From positions 259,222,001 to 259,286,000 of the forward strand of contig OZ360219.1 in assembly GCA_977017645.1 (NCBI GenBank): a DNA stretch of 64,000 bases. The letters run 5' to 3'. Numbering within the stretch: the first letter of the stretch is position 1; every line of letters begins with the position of its first letter. The notes under the pieces are model-generated. The model searched no databases. It saw only the letters and a program-made list of their open reading frames with translations, and had not been told where the DNA came from. Made by a program: the position numbers and the translations under genes. Shown here piece by piece: positions 25,630 to 38,350 of this stretch. The stretch comes from Torpedo marmorata (lineage: Eukaryota).

Positions 25630-26150
25630 GAAGCCTGATACAAGCTTAAGGAACATCACTTCAGTTTCATTCTAGGCACACTGCGACCTTCTATCTTAAT
25701 GTTGAATTCTACAACCTCAAGTAAACCATTTTATCTGTAGGTATCAGCTTTGGACATTTCAGATGTAAGTCATTCATCCTTGATATCGACTTAGTTCTTC
25801 TCTCTCCATTGCTCCAGCCTGATATGCTGGGTTTTTCCCACAGCAGTCCACTTTAATGATCACACTCTCTCAATGCCCTCACTTCACAGCTTTTATTAAC
25901 TTTCTCTCCATCTAATTGCTCCATTAGCCCATTGACAGGATGATCCCCACAATTTATTACCATAGTAACTCTGGACTCACCCCTTCAGAGATATTTATTT
26001 TATCCTATATATCCCGCTCGAATGCTCTTTGCAACTTAAACAAACTCTTCTCCGGAGGTTGTTGACCTGAAACGTTAACTGTGTTTCTTTGTACCGACTA
26101 TGCCTAACGTGCGGTGTTTCCAGTTTTTATTTTTATTTTGGATTTCCTGC
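25630..26150 (+). mobile_element. Penelope-like 3' remnant
   Basis: KLKEHHFSFILGTL..LNVEF and a degenerate tail (acctgaaacgttaact). Confidence 0.5.
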
Positions 26151-26189
26151 ATCTTCAGTGATTTTTTTGGTTTCCCTTAAGAATTTTGT

Positions 26190-27690
26190 AAATTTTTCTC
26201 AGATTATCATTCACTCTTCTAAACTTTAAAGAGTATAGCCTCATTCTGCATAATCTCTCTCCATTAAGACATCCCAAGAAACTATCGTTGTACCTCTCTA
26301 TTGTATATCCTTTCTTGGGTGGGGAGATCAGCCCTGTGTGCAATATTCCTCATGCTGTTTCAACAGGCATTATTAGAGGGGTTATATTTTACCAGCAAGT
26401 CGAGTCTTCTCTTGTGCTCAAATCCTCCTGGATACAGACCAATATACTATTTGCATCCTGATGATTCACTGAATCTGCATGTTAACCTTAACTGATTTGT
26501 ACATAAAGACACGCAAGTCAGTCCAAATACTAACAACATACAAACTCATCACTTGAAAAACACTCCATCTTTCTATATTTTTTCTAATGAAGCTGATGAT
26601 CTCACATTTTTCCACATTATTTTCCATCTTTAATGTCCATTCAATTGAATTCTTCTACATCCTCCTTACAATACAAAAATTATTCAATTATTCCAACCTT
26701 TTGTTCAAACCAGTATCCTTCATGTAGGGCACCTAATTAAAGATATTCTGAAAATCCATATTGAGCATTGGCTTGCCTTAGCCATCCTGTTAGTTACAAA
26801 CCTAAGGATTTTCCAATACATTTGACGAGTGGCATATCAACTCTGCCCAATCTTTTCATTATTTGCCAGATACCTTGAGACCACTTGCATTATTTTCCTC
26901 ACTACCCATGAGAGGCTAATTGCTTTAGTATCCCATTTTATCTCTCTCCTCCTTTTATTAAGTACTGTGCATTAAGTGATTACACCAGTAAAACAAAAAA
27001 TATGACTCATATTGTTTCGACCGGAGGAAGCATGAGAGATGATCATGAAGCTCTTAAATCCCAATTATGAGATTTATCTGTAAAATATGTTATGATGAGA
27101 CAAAGGTCAAGTCCTGATTTACTGCTGAAGTTGTTAAGATGGTGGATTAGCTGTTCCTTAATTACAGGCTAAATCATATTACTTATTCAGTTCAATAACT
27201 ATTCAGCATTCCATATTTTTGTAACTGCTTTCTGGGTAGTTTTGGTAAAACACAATTTACATAAATCAAAGACATAGTTAAATTTGATTGCCTCAGGTTC
27301 CATGGATTCTATGCCACATAACTTTCTGAGTGAGCCTACCATGGGGATCTTGTCAAACATCTTACTAAATTCCATATACACCACATCCACTGCCTTACCT
27401 TCACCAATTTCTTTTGTCACCTTTTCAAAAAATTCAATTGGTTTCGTAACCCTGGACATGCCTCTCACAAAGCCATGCTGACTATTCCAGTCAAGACTAT
27501 GCTTCTCGTCTAAGTGCTCATTATTCCTGTTCTGAAGAATCTCTTCAATAGTTTTTCCACCACTGACGTAAGACTTACTGGTCTAGGATTCTCCCTCTAA
27601 CCTTTCTTAATCAAGGGGTCTACATTTTCCATTCTCCAATCCTCTGGTACCTCCCCTGTAGCCAGAGAGGATGCAAAGATCATCATGCGA
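26190..27690 (-). mobile_element. Degraded CR1 ORF2 fragments
   Basis: ORF 27199..27468 IEFFEKVTKEIGEGKAVDVVYMEFSK; LYSLKFRR at about 26200. Confidence 0.65.
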
Positions 27691-29573
27691 ATGGCTGATT
27701 GGCCTACAGTTATTTCTATTTCTTATGTTTGTGTGTCAACATTTTTTAACTTTACAAACAAGGATCTATCATGGAATATGGTTTAAAAACAATGCCAAAA
27801 TTGTTTTCTGATTGCTTCATTTAGTTACTACTTTACATCTCACATGAATTATGAAGAAAGAAATTAGGCAGATCAACCGACTGTTGTATGAGAGCGAAGC
27901 TAAAGAAATAATCTCCAAAAATTATCTTCTGTAATATAAGAAAATAAATTACAAAACTGTCAGAAAGTTACTTGAATAAGTTTGGAATCCTTCAAAAACA
28001 GCTGGATTTAATGATGAATAATTAAAAGAAAAGTCTTCACTTTTCAGATTGTGCCCAAAAGCTATGCATTACCTCTACTCCTTTAAAGACTGAGCAGGAA
28101 AGAAACAAGGAAGAAGCTAGGAGCTGGGGAAAAATAGGAAACAAGAATATAGAAGAATCAGAATATGGCCACAATCTTAAAAAATATTATTTTTGCCTTT
28201 ATTTGAAATAAGAACTTTGGTTCACAAGGAATGTGGCACAGAGAACGAAAAAAGCTCTGGAGTCTCAAGTGGGATAGACAGACCAGATGAAAAATTTAGA
28301 AAAAAATTACCTCTAAACCCAGCAAAATATTCTACCTCCAGCTGTGACAAAGAAGGATTGTGCAGTAGAACAAAGAGCTCCTTCAAGAGTGCAGGCAACC
28401 ATGAGAAGAATTTCAAATGCACTTGTCATGCCTCATCACCCCTAGATACTCCAGGTTTAATGCAAAGTTGGGATTGTTGCAACTGGTACAGAAAACATTG
28501 CTTATCTATTCTGATTGCCACCTGGAAGAATACTGTGCATTCAGCTCATTGTCCCACAGGAATAAAGGATGTTGACTTTCATGTCAGATAGATCATTTGC
28601 CCATGAAGTATAACAAAAGGACTTTTGCGAAGAAAACCAAGGTTAAAGCATGTAAGTTCTTGAATCCAAGTTTCAATTCTTGTTTGAATTTCTTTGAGGA
28701 ATAGATGCATTATAGCTTGGTAAAAATGCCTTCATAATTTCCAAATATTTCCTAAATTTGTCATGATAAAAAGGTTGATTGTTTTTATTAAGTGACAATG
28801 AGAGCCAATAGTTTTGAATATTATTTGTTTTTGTGAAAATGTTTAAAAGCAGCAGACTGCATAGCATTGAGGATAACATCACTTGTTCAAGGATGAATCG
28901 GAGCAGCAGAAACATTACTCATACGAGGTGAGATCAAAGTCATACCACAGCCAATATTTGGATTGCTAACTAAGAAGTAACAAATGAATAAACCAATCAT
29001 GTCCAAATTTTCCTTTGCTGATATACTATGAGATCTAAGATTGTACTATCCATACTCAATCGATTAATTCCAGAAATACAGCTGTTCACTTTGAAAAGTT
29101 CAGAAAGATTTTTTTTCTGCTTTCACATCTCAAGGAATTCTGTATTGTTGATAAGAGTTTAGGAAAGTATATAGTTTTGCAGGTTAAAGGCTTGTTCAGT
29201 TGAAATGATGTGAAAGTGTTATTTTGACTCTTGCTCTGAATTTTGCTGTTTTTTTTCACTCTCTTTATTTTTTAACTTCATACTAAATCAAGACTTGGAG
29301 GGCCAAGAATAACTAATGCAGTGCCATGGGTGTATTTCTCAGAAAGTGCCAAATAAATTGGGTTTTTTTATGGTGTCAATGGATTCTTTGATGTTGTTGC
29401 TTATAAAAGCAAATAGCAGGGGTAGGACCACCAGCAAAATATTCTTTATTGAAAGAGGTCAACTTTCAAATAACAACTATAGTAAAACAATGTATAAAAA
29501 GTCACACGTTGTCCTCAGTTTTTAAAGGTACATTTATGAATACATAGTTCATTGCTTCTCATTCAATAAGTAA

Positions 29574-29749
29574 NNNNNNNNNNNNNNNNNNNNNNNNNNN
29601 NNNNNNNNNNNNNNNNNNNNNNNNNNNNNNNNNNNNNNNNNNNNNNNNNNNNNNNNNNNNNNNNNNNNNNNNNNNNNNNNNNNNNNNNNNNNNNNNNNNN
29701 NNNNNNNNNNNNNNNNNNNNNNNNNNNNNNNNNNNNNNNNNNNNNNNNN
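29574..29749. other. Assembly gap (176 N)
   Basis: Run of N. Confidence 1.
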
Positions 29750-31221
29750 AACATAAATTTATTCAGAAATCAAAAATAGAGAACAGAAAATATTCAGCTA
29801 GTAAGGCAAATTTATGCAAAAAATAGAATTAACATATTCTAATTAATAAGGTTAATTAATATAACCTTTCAACAGAACTGGAAAACATTGGAAAACAAAC
29901 ATCTCATAAATTGCAGAGGAATGGAAGAATTATTTTGAGATGCTGAACGGGAGAAAGATCTGTTTGGCAATGTCATATTATTGAATTTGGGGGAAATTAC
30001 ATCTTCAATTGATGATCCATTGGATGTGGAGACTGCTGGGTTGGAATATGAGGAAAGAGAGAACCATATTCTTGCTCTTGGTGGGCACAGGAAGATTGGG
30101 TGCAGGAATGCAAAGAAAAGGAACAATGTTGGATGACACCCACAGTTAACTAACAAAAGACATCTCAGAAGCACTGATGTGGGAAGTATTGTCATCAGAA
30201 CAGACCAATGTTGCCAGAGAAACTAGGAGAATGGAATAGAGTTGCTGCTGGAAGGAGGGTGCAAGGACTTACAATCATAACAGCCGTAGTAGTCTGAGGG
30301 CTTGTTGTAGATATTCCCTGCTGATTGAAAGAGGAAAGTTGAAAAAAAAGAGGTATCAGTGACACACAATATAAAAGTAAAAGCTGCACCTTTAACTTGG
30401 AGGAAGTGATTGGAGTTAAAGACTAAGTTGTTTGTGTAAACATGAGCTAGCTGGTCAAAATGGAGGATTGATGAAAATAATTAGTTGGGCATCTGTTTAG
30501 GGTTCTTTTGGCCATTCTGGTGTTGGATTGAGGTGCAGAAGAATAGGGTTTTCATGGAGCCAGTATGCATCCAGAAGCCAGGAACCAGATGCTTTTAAAG
30601 GCAGAGGCACCAGAGCTGTCACAGGTGTAATTGAGTAAGGGAATAAGGAAGAAAGAATCCTGGTGAAACAAGAACAATGGGGACAGCCTTTCTTGTAATT
30701 TTTGTGGGACGTGTACAGTTCAAGAACTGAGACAAAGATTTAGAGAAAAAATCTCTAGCAGAAATGAGATCAGTGGAGGTTTGGGAGAGAATGGCTAGTT
30801 GCTCAATGATGGGGTCCTGATCCAGATGGAGTTACAAGATTGAGAAGAGAAGTGGTTTTCAGCCTCTAATAGGTAGAGGTTAATTTGTCAAATGATAACA
30901 GCATCACCATTAGGTAAACAGAGCATAAACATAGAGACAAATCAGCATGCTGGTGACAAATTGTGATGACCAGATCTATAGAGAGTAAAAAGCCAGAGGC
31001 ATGAATTCTGAAGATGGCAGAATGTCTAAGAAGTATAATTATGGCAAAAGGAACAACCATCAACTTGTAATGCTATCTTTGCTTGATGCTACTTGACATG
31101 CTGAATATTCTCTTTTATTTCAGATGTATAACAATAGCATTTTTATGACATAATTCTGGGAGTTCTTACTTCTCTCAACTGGTTCAACTCATTTCCTTCT
31201 TTTTATATTTTCTCCAAATAG

Positions 31222-31885
31222 TTCAAAACAAAATTATGCTGGAGAAACTCAGTAAAGGGTACGAAGTAAAGGGTAACCAATGTTTCAGAAATGAGCATTT
31301 CATCAAGGTATGAGTAAAAAAAAAGCAGGTGCCTGAATAAAAAGGTGGGGGTGGGGGAAGGAAGGGGAGAAGAGGAGGAGGGCGGAACAAGGGTAACAGA
31401 TAAGAGGTCATAGGTGGATATGAATTGGAGGGCAGAAGAGAAAAAAGCAAAGAAGTGATGGGGAGAAGATAGCTTTCTGAATGGAGAGGGAAGGCAAGGG
31501 GGTAGGGAGCTAAAGGAAAGAAGACAGAGGGATAGGGAAAAAGAGATACTCAGGGGACAGGTTTAAGGAAATTGGAGATATCTTTGTTAATGTTGTCTGG
31601 TTGGAGAGTGCCCAGATGTATATCAAGTGTAGTTCGTCCAATTGCGGGTAGTCTCGGTTTGGCAGTGCATGTAGCCATGGATAGACATGTTGGTGTGGAA
31701 ATGACGTGTGGAATTAAAATGGTTGGCCACTTGCATGTCATTGCTATTGCAGTGGACAGAGTGAAAGTGCTTAATGAAACGATCTCCCAGTCTTCATCCA
31801 ATCTCACCACGGTAGAGGAGGCCACAATGGGAGCACCAGATGCAGTAAATGACCTTGCAGATTCACAAGTGAAGAGTTGCTTCCA
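31222..31885 (-). mobile_element. Penelope-like GIY-YIG fragment with terminal repeat
   Basis: LGTLQPDNIN; same tail architecture as 9871-10450. Confidence 0.75.
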
Positions 31886-31889
31886 TGTA

Positions 31890-32240
31890 CCTGTCCAATT
31901 TTTTTTAATGTCAAAATTGAGCCCACATTCACCACTTCAGCTGACAGCTCATTCCACACTCTCACCACTCACTGTGTGAAGAAGTTCCCCCTAAAGTTCC
32001 CTTTAAAATTTCATCTTTCACCATTAACCCATGTCCTCTAGTTCTCATCTCACCCAAATTCAATGGAAAATGTCTGTTTGCATTTATCGATATCCTCATA
32101 ATTTTGAATACCTCTATCAAATCTCCCCTTATTCTCCAAAGCTCCAGGGATTAAAGTCCTAACCTATTTAACCTTTCCCTGTAACTCAGCTCCTCAATTC
32201 CTGGCAACATCCTGGTAGGTCTTCTCTGCACTCTTTCATT
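31890..32240 (-). mobile_element. CR1 3' fragment
   Basis: Matches 1000-1340 of the intact CR1. Confidence 0.8.
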
Positions 32241-32735
32241 CTTAATGCTGCCATTCTTTATACCTGTTTTCACTCTGAATTATATTGCACCACCTTTGTC
32301 CTTCCCATGTTTCTCCCTTCACCTAAGGTAAACCTGATTTCTCACCAATGACCAATGAACTATTTGAAGAAAAACAAAGAAATGCTATAAGAACTCAGCC
32401 AGTGAATCATCATCTGTGAAACAAAAACCCAGTCAATGTTCCAGGTCAGTGACCCTTCCTCAGAAATGGGGGGAAAGTGGAGTGTTGACAGTTTTCAGAG
32501 TTGAACTTTGGAAGGGTAGGGAGGTGTTGGATAAAAGATCACATGGCAGTAGGTTAAGACAGATTCTAAAGAGCATGAACACTAAACATTAGCAAGGCAT
32601 TTTAAAGAAAGTAGTTGAGAAAAGGGACATAAGAATAAGAATAGGAAATGATGAGAGAGCAATTTGCTTGAAGTTGTAAAATTCAATGTTGATTCCAATA
32701 GGTTGCAAAGTCCACAGATGGAAAATAAGATGTGT

Positions 32736-33005
32736 TAAATTTAAATTTAAATTTTTTTATTTTTTTTAAATTTAGACATACAGCATGGTAACAGGCCCTT
32801 TTGGCCCACAAGCCTGTGCTGCCCAATTACACCCAATTGAACTACAACCCCCGGTACGCTTTGAAGTGTAGGAGGAAAGTGGATGCCCATGCATGCACGG
32901 GGAGAACGTACAATCTCCCTAAAGACTTCGCAGTATTCGAACCCTGGTCCCGATCGTTGGCGCTGTAACAGCGTGGCGCTAACTGCTATGCTAACCGTGC
33001 CGCCC
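32736..33005 (-). mobile_element. HE1-like SINE inserted in a Penelope remnant (about 32365-32735)
   Basis: Full head, V-core and tail with an AT-rich end. Confidence 0.85.
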
Positions 33006-33349
33006 ATACGCTAACCGTGTTGTTGCAGTTTAATTGTCACACACTAGAGGACAAAATGCCACATTCTAGAGACATACATTTAAAGTGAGAGGGGGGCTGG
33101 GGTGGAATTTAGAGGATAAGTATGCAGCAAGATTTTATGCACATTGTAGAAAATGCTTGGAATGGGCTGTCAGTGGTGATGATATAGGCTGACACAATTG
33201 TAATTTAAGTAGCTTCCAGATAGACAAGTGTAAAAGCAGGGAATAGAGAGATATGTATCATGTGGAAGCAGCAGAGATTTAGTTTAACATAGATGGACAT
33301 CATGTTCGATGAGGACATTGTGGGCCAAGGGCCTTTTGCTATGATACCA

Positions 33350-34930
33350 TGTTTTATCTAGGGCCTCATCATGGCTATGAAGGAAGTTGCAGACAAATAG
33401 ATCAGAAAGGGAATGAAATTGAAAATTTAAGTGGTATGCAGCAGAAAGCTCAGGATCTCCCCTGTGGATCAAGTGCAGATGCTCTGAGAAATGATCACCC
33501 ACTATGAGCTTCAGTGTAGAGGAGACTGCATTGTGAACACCAAGTGCAGTAGATTAGATTGGAACAAGTGCAATTGAATAACTGCTTCACGTGGAATGAT
33601 TGTTTTGGCCCCTGGATGGTGGAAATGGAGGATGTGTTGCATCTCGTCCCATTGAATGGGGATGTTCTATCAGATGGTTACTGGTGGTTGTGAATGGAAG
33701 AGCGGATCAGGGAGTCACCAAGTAGGCAGCCCCTGTGAAATGCAAAGAGGGGAGGAGAGCAGAAGATGTGACTAGCGGTGGAATTATGTTGGACCTGGTG
33801 GATTTCTGAAATGCATTGAATATGAAGCCTGGGGGGTTGTGGGGAGTGGGAGGACGGGGAGTGAATAACGGGGGAAGTCCAATTTAGTTTGAACCTGGAA
33901 GAAAGTGGTTGAGAGCAGACATGCACCAAATAGAGGAAATGGGGTTGAGAACCATTCACTATGGCACAACAGAAGCGGCATTTCAGGAAAGTGAAAAAAA
34001 CTCAATGGAGATGAAGAAATTGGGAAAAAAAAGAATGGTATCCTGACAGGAGACAGAATGAGGATATCTAAGGTTGCTGTGGGAGTCTGTGGGTTTGTAC
34101 AGGAATTTAGTGGTTAGTTTCTCTGCTAAGATGGAGACAGAGATCCATAAATGAAAGGAAAGTGTCAGAGGTGAAAACATCAGAGATTGACCACATAAAT
34201 GTGAGAGCAGGGTAGAAATTGGCACCGAAAGTGCTGATATTTTTGAGTTTTGTATGGGTGCAGTATGTGGCACCAGAGCAGTTATCAATGTATTGGAGAA
34301 AGAAATGGGGAGTGGTTCCAATTATAGTTGGAACAAGGACTATTCCATGTATCCAACAAAGAGACAGGCCCTTTGTGAGATCTTATAGCTGCACCTTTAA
34401 TCTGGAAAAAGTGAATAGAATCAAAGAAGTAGTTGCTCAGCGCAAGGACAACTTCCATCAATTGAATGAGTGATTGATTGAAATGGTGGAGGGGAACTGG
34501 CTGGTCTCCATTCAAGAAAGAAACACAGGGCCCTTCGACCTTTCTGATTTGAACTTCAGGCTTTGAACATCTTCAGTGAATATGAGTCATTTCGGTCCAG
34601 GGAATTGAAACTGTCAAAATGGTAGAGGTCATAAGAACTGTCTCAGATGTAAGTGGGAAGGAACTGACCCAGTGGGGGCGGAAGATAGGATCGAGACAAA
34701 GTTGGAACAAGTAAGCTCATAAGGACAAGAAGAAAGATGAAAGAATAGGTCTACCCAAATAGTACTGTTTGTAGATGTCGGTTTGAAGGTAGAAGCGGGC
34801 ACTGCAAGGTTGGGTAGAGGTCAGTTCTCCAGACCTCAACAGCACTACCCTTGTCAGTGGGTTTGATGACAAAATCTAGATTATGCATTGAGTATCACAA
34901 TTATGATTTCCTCACACGAATATCTGAAGG
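33350..34930 (-). mobile_element. Long degraded Penelope-like element (RT plus GIY-YIG remnants)
   Basis: RT remnants QLMEVVLALSNYFFDSIHFFQIKGAA and LYKPTDSH; EN remnant GDHFSEHL..PELSAAYHLN. Confidence 0.65.
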
Positions 34931-34949
34931 CTGTTTGATGTTGCTGCCT

Positions 34950-35120
34950 ACTAAGTCACAGCATCAGCGATCCGGGTTTGAATCCGGCGCTGTCTATAAG
35001 GAGTTTGAACATTCTCCCTGTGACCTGTGTGGATTTTCTCCGGTTATTCCAATTTCCTCCAACCCTCTAAAAACATACAGTGTTGGTAGGTAAATTGGCG
35101 TAATTGGGCAGCACGGGTTT
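34950..35120 (+). mobile_element. Degraded HE1-like SINE
   Basis: gggtttgaatccggcgctgtctataaggagtttg head and core. Confidence 0.65.
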
Positions 35121-35859
35121 CAATCACAAATACTTCAATATCTGGAATCGGCTTCTACCATGTTGGAAATTTAAAAATCAAAATTAAATTAAAGTCAAAT
35201 AATAAAGCTTGAGTCAAAAACAAAACATCCTTTACTCAAAGCCATGAACTCTCAAAAAACAACAGTAGCTAGTACAATACTGTTAAATCACATGGTACAT
35301 CCAGTTCTTAAATTTACATTTGTATATACCACATTTCTCAATAAATATAAATGGAAAAAAACAGATTAGTCCAATTGCAGCCAGCCTTGGGCCTTATGGT
35401 TAATGTTCTATGATTTCCAGATTTACATGACCCTTTCTTATCAGCCTTGGTGCAGAACTTAGATACAGTTATGACCTTTTTCATCTTTGATAGCCTACTG
35501 TGAAGTTACATACAATTACCAAACCATGACACTGGCCATCTCTGTGAACCTTTATCATTCTAACTTCTCCAGACATTCACAAAGGGTTCAGCAATAGAAA
35601 GTTGGATATACTCTATCACAACATCACTAAAATAGATTCTTCTGATATTATTTCAGCCATATTTAAGAATTCAAGGACCATTAGTTAGCACTTTGAAGGA
35701 TTTTATGCTTAAAATGATTTGTTCAGTGTTATCTGCAATACAATGTATAAAGGACCATATGTAATATGCAATATACAACAAACTTGTATCTATACTAACA
35801 TTAATCAATTATGCAATACTGTAGTAGAGCAAAATGAGAGGAGGTAATGAGGCCCAAAA

Positions 35860-37990
35860 TCTGATGAATTACAAGAACCTGATGATCAATATACCAGAAT
35901 TTAGAAAGCAGTGCCTCTGGTGATAATGGGCTTTCTGGTTAGTATTTTCCAAAACTCTATAGACTCTCGAATTGTTCCTTCAGATTGGTTGGCAGCAAAT
36001 GTGACACCATTATTTAAGTAAGAGGGAGACAGAAAGCAGGGATCGTTCAACTGTTAGCATGACATCAGTATTGGGAAAATCCTGTAATCTATAATAAAGG
36101 ATGTGCTATCAAGACACTTGGAACATAATATAATTGAGCAAAGGCAACATGGATTTATGAAAGGGGCATCATCAATCTATTGGAGTTCTTAGAGGATAGA
36201 TCATGTGTAAGGAGCACTAATGGATGTGGTGTATTTAAATTTAACATACAGCTACTGGACAAAATTACAGAATGGAATTGGAGGCAATATGCTAGTGCTC
36301 ATTGTCAAGTGGTTAAATAGAAAACAAGGAGAAGGATTAAACTGATCTTAAGTCGGCACTTGTGCGATACCACAGGGGCCCCAACTATTCACAATCTATA
36401 TCTATTATTTGACAAGAGAAACTAATGAAACATTTTCAACTTCGCTGATGGCCTAAAACTAGTTGGCAATGGGAGTAGTGAGGAGAATGCAAAGATGATT
36501 CAAGACAATATGGTCAGGCTAAGACAATGACATGGCAGATATTCAACGTGGAAAATGTGCTGTCGTTCAGAGGTATAAAAATAAACACAAATGTTGAGTA
36601 TCTTTTAAAAAGGGAAAGACTACGGGGAAATGTTGATGTTTGATAGGGCCTGATCGTTCTTGCAAATCACTGCAAATCACGTAGGTGCAACAGGTAGTTG
36701 GGAAGAAAAATGCTAAATTGGCCATTTTTGCAAGATGATTTGAATACAAAAATAAGTACAAAAGTTATACAGATCCTTTGGGAAATTACATCTTGAGTAT
36801 TGTGTACAATTTTGATTTACTTGCCTAAAAAGAGATCCAATTGTTTCCGAGGAAGCACAATATAGATTCACCAGATTTCTTACTGGGATGACAGGTCTGT
36901 CAAATACAGAGAGATTGATAACGCTATTCAGAGGAATAAGATGACCTCATTGAAGCCTACAAAATTCCTAGAGGTCTTGTTATTATAAATGCAGCTTATG
37001 TGTTTCCTCAGCTGAGTGGCTAGAACTCGAGGACACAATGTCATAATAAGAATCAGAATCAAAATCAGAATCAGAATTTATTGTCATGAACAAGTCATGA
37101 AATTCGGTGTTTTGCGGCAGCATCATAGTGCAATTAACATTCATATTAACCATCTTACGACATTACTATAAAAAATTATAAACAATAGTGCACGAAAAGT
37201 AAGGCAGTGTCTTTGGTTCATTGATTATTCAGGAATCTGATGGCAGCGGAGAAGAGGCTGTCCTTGTGCCGTTGAGTGCTCGTCTTTAGGCTCCTGTACC
37301 TTTTTCCCAATGGAAGCAGAGTGAAGAGGGCATGGCCTGGGTGGTGGGGGTCTTTGAAGATAGAGGCTGCTTTTTTAAGACACCGCCTCATGTAGATGTC
37401 CTCGATGGAGTGAAGTTTGGTGCCTGTGATGTCACAGGCCGAGTTAACAACCCTCTGGAGTTTATTCTTGTCCTGGGAGTTGGCGCCTCCATACCAGGCA
37501 GTGATGCAACCAGCCAGAATGCTCTCCACGGTACACCTGTAGAAGTTTACGAGAGTCTTCGGTGACATACCGAATCTCCTCAGACACCTCACAAAGTATA
37601 GCCGCTGACGAGCCTTCTTTGTGATTGCATCAACGTGGATGCTCCAGGACAGATCCTCGGAGATGTTGAAACCCAGGAATTTGAAGTTCTTGACCCTCTC
37701 CACTACTGAGCCCTCGATGAGGACTGGGTCGTGTTCCCCTGACTTCCTCCTGAAGTCCACAATCATCTCCTTGGTTTTGCTGACGTTGAGCTCAAGGTTG
37801 TTGTCATTACACAATTCAACGAGCTGATCTATCTGAATGGATAAGAGATTATCCATTCAGGAAAAAGATGAGAAGAAATGTCTTCACCCAGAGAATCTTT
37901 GGAATTCTGAATTGACAAGGGATGTGGAAGATCATTTGCTTCATAGGTTCTGAAATGAGAATGATTTTGAATATTAAGGAAATCAAGGAA
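35860..37990 (+). mobile_element. Old CR1 ORF2 remnant interrupted by Rex1
   Basis: Degenerate DW..ANVTPLFK, QHGF, FAD and YCVQF motifs in order. Confidence 0.65.
37052..37840 (-). mobile_element. 5'-truncated Rex1/Babar LINE
   Basis: ORF 37218..37856 LNVSKTKEMIVDFRR, FKFLG and KKARQRLYF; (gattct)n tail; ATAAGA TSD (37046-37051, 37841-37846). Confidence 0.9.
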
Positions 37991-37994
37991 TATT

Positions 37995-38350
37995 TACTGA
38001 ATTGAATTGTTTATTGCTATATGTACAAAGATACAATGAAAACCTTTATTTTCCATGCTACCCAGGCAAGTTGATCCATAATTACCGTAAATACAACAGG
38101 TATTGAAAAATAAAGCAAAAGTGTAGAGTATAGTGCTTCAGAAAAAGGATCATTTAAAACAGTGCTCAGGCCACAAAATTTTACTCATGAGAGGTTCATT
38201 CAAATGTCTCATAACAGTGGGGGAGAAACTGTCCTTGAATCTGGTGGGGTATATTTTCAAGCTCATGTATCTTCTGCCCAATGGAAAAGGGGAGAAGAAA
38301 GTGTGATGGAATGGTATGTAATGGTATGTGATGGAGTGCAAGATAAAGCT
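37995..38350 (-). mobile_element. Rex1/Babar 3' end fragment
   Basis: FSPFPLGRRYMSLK..TRFKDSFSP; AATAAA plus short-repeat tail. Confidence 0.7.

Noticed and set aside
28193-28591. 132-aa ORF as a host exon
   Set aside because: No recognisable homology and no convincing donor site in frame; cannot be supported without a search.
29563-29754. Poly-X ORF
   Set aside because: Artefact of the N gap.
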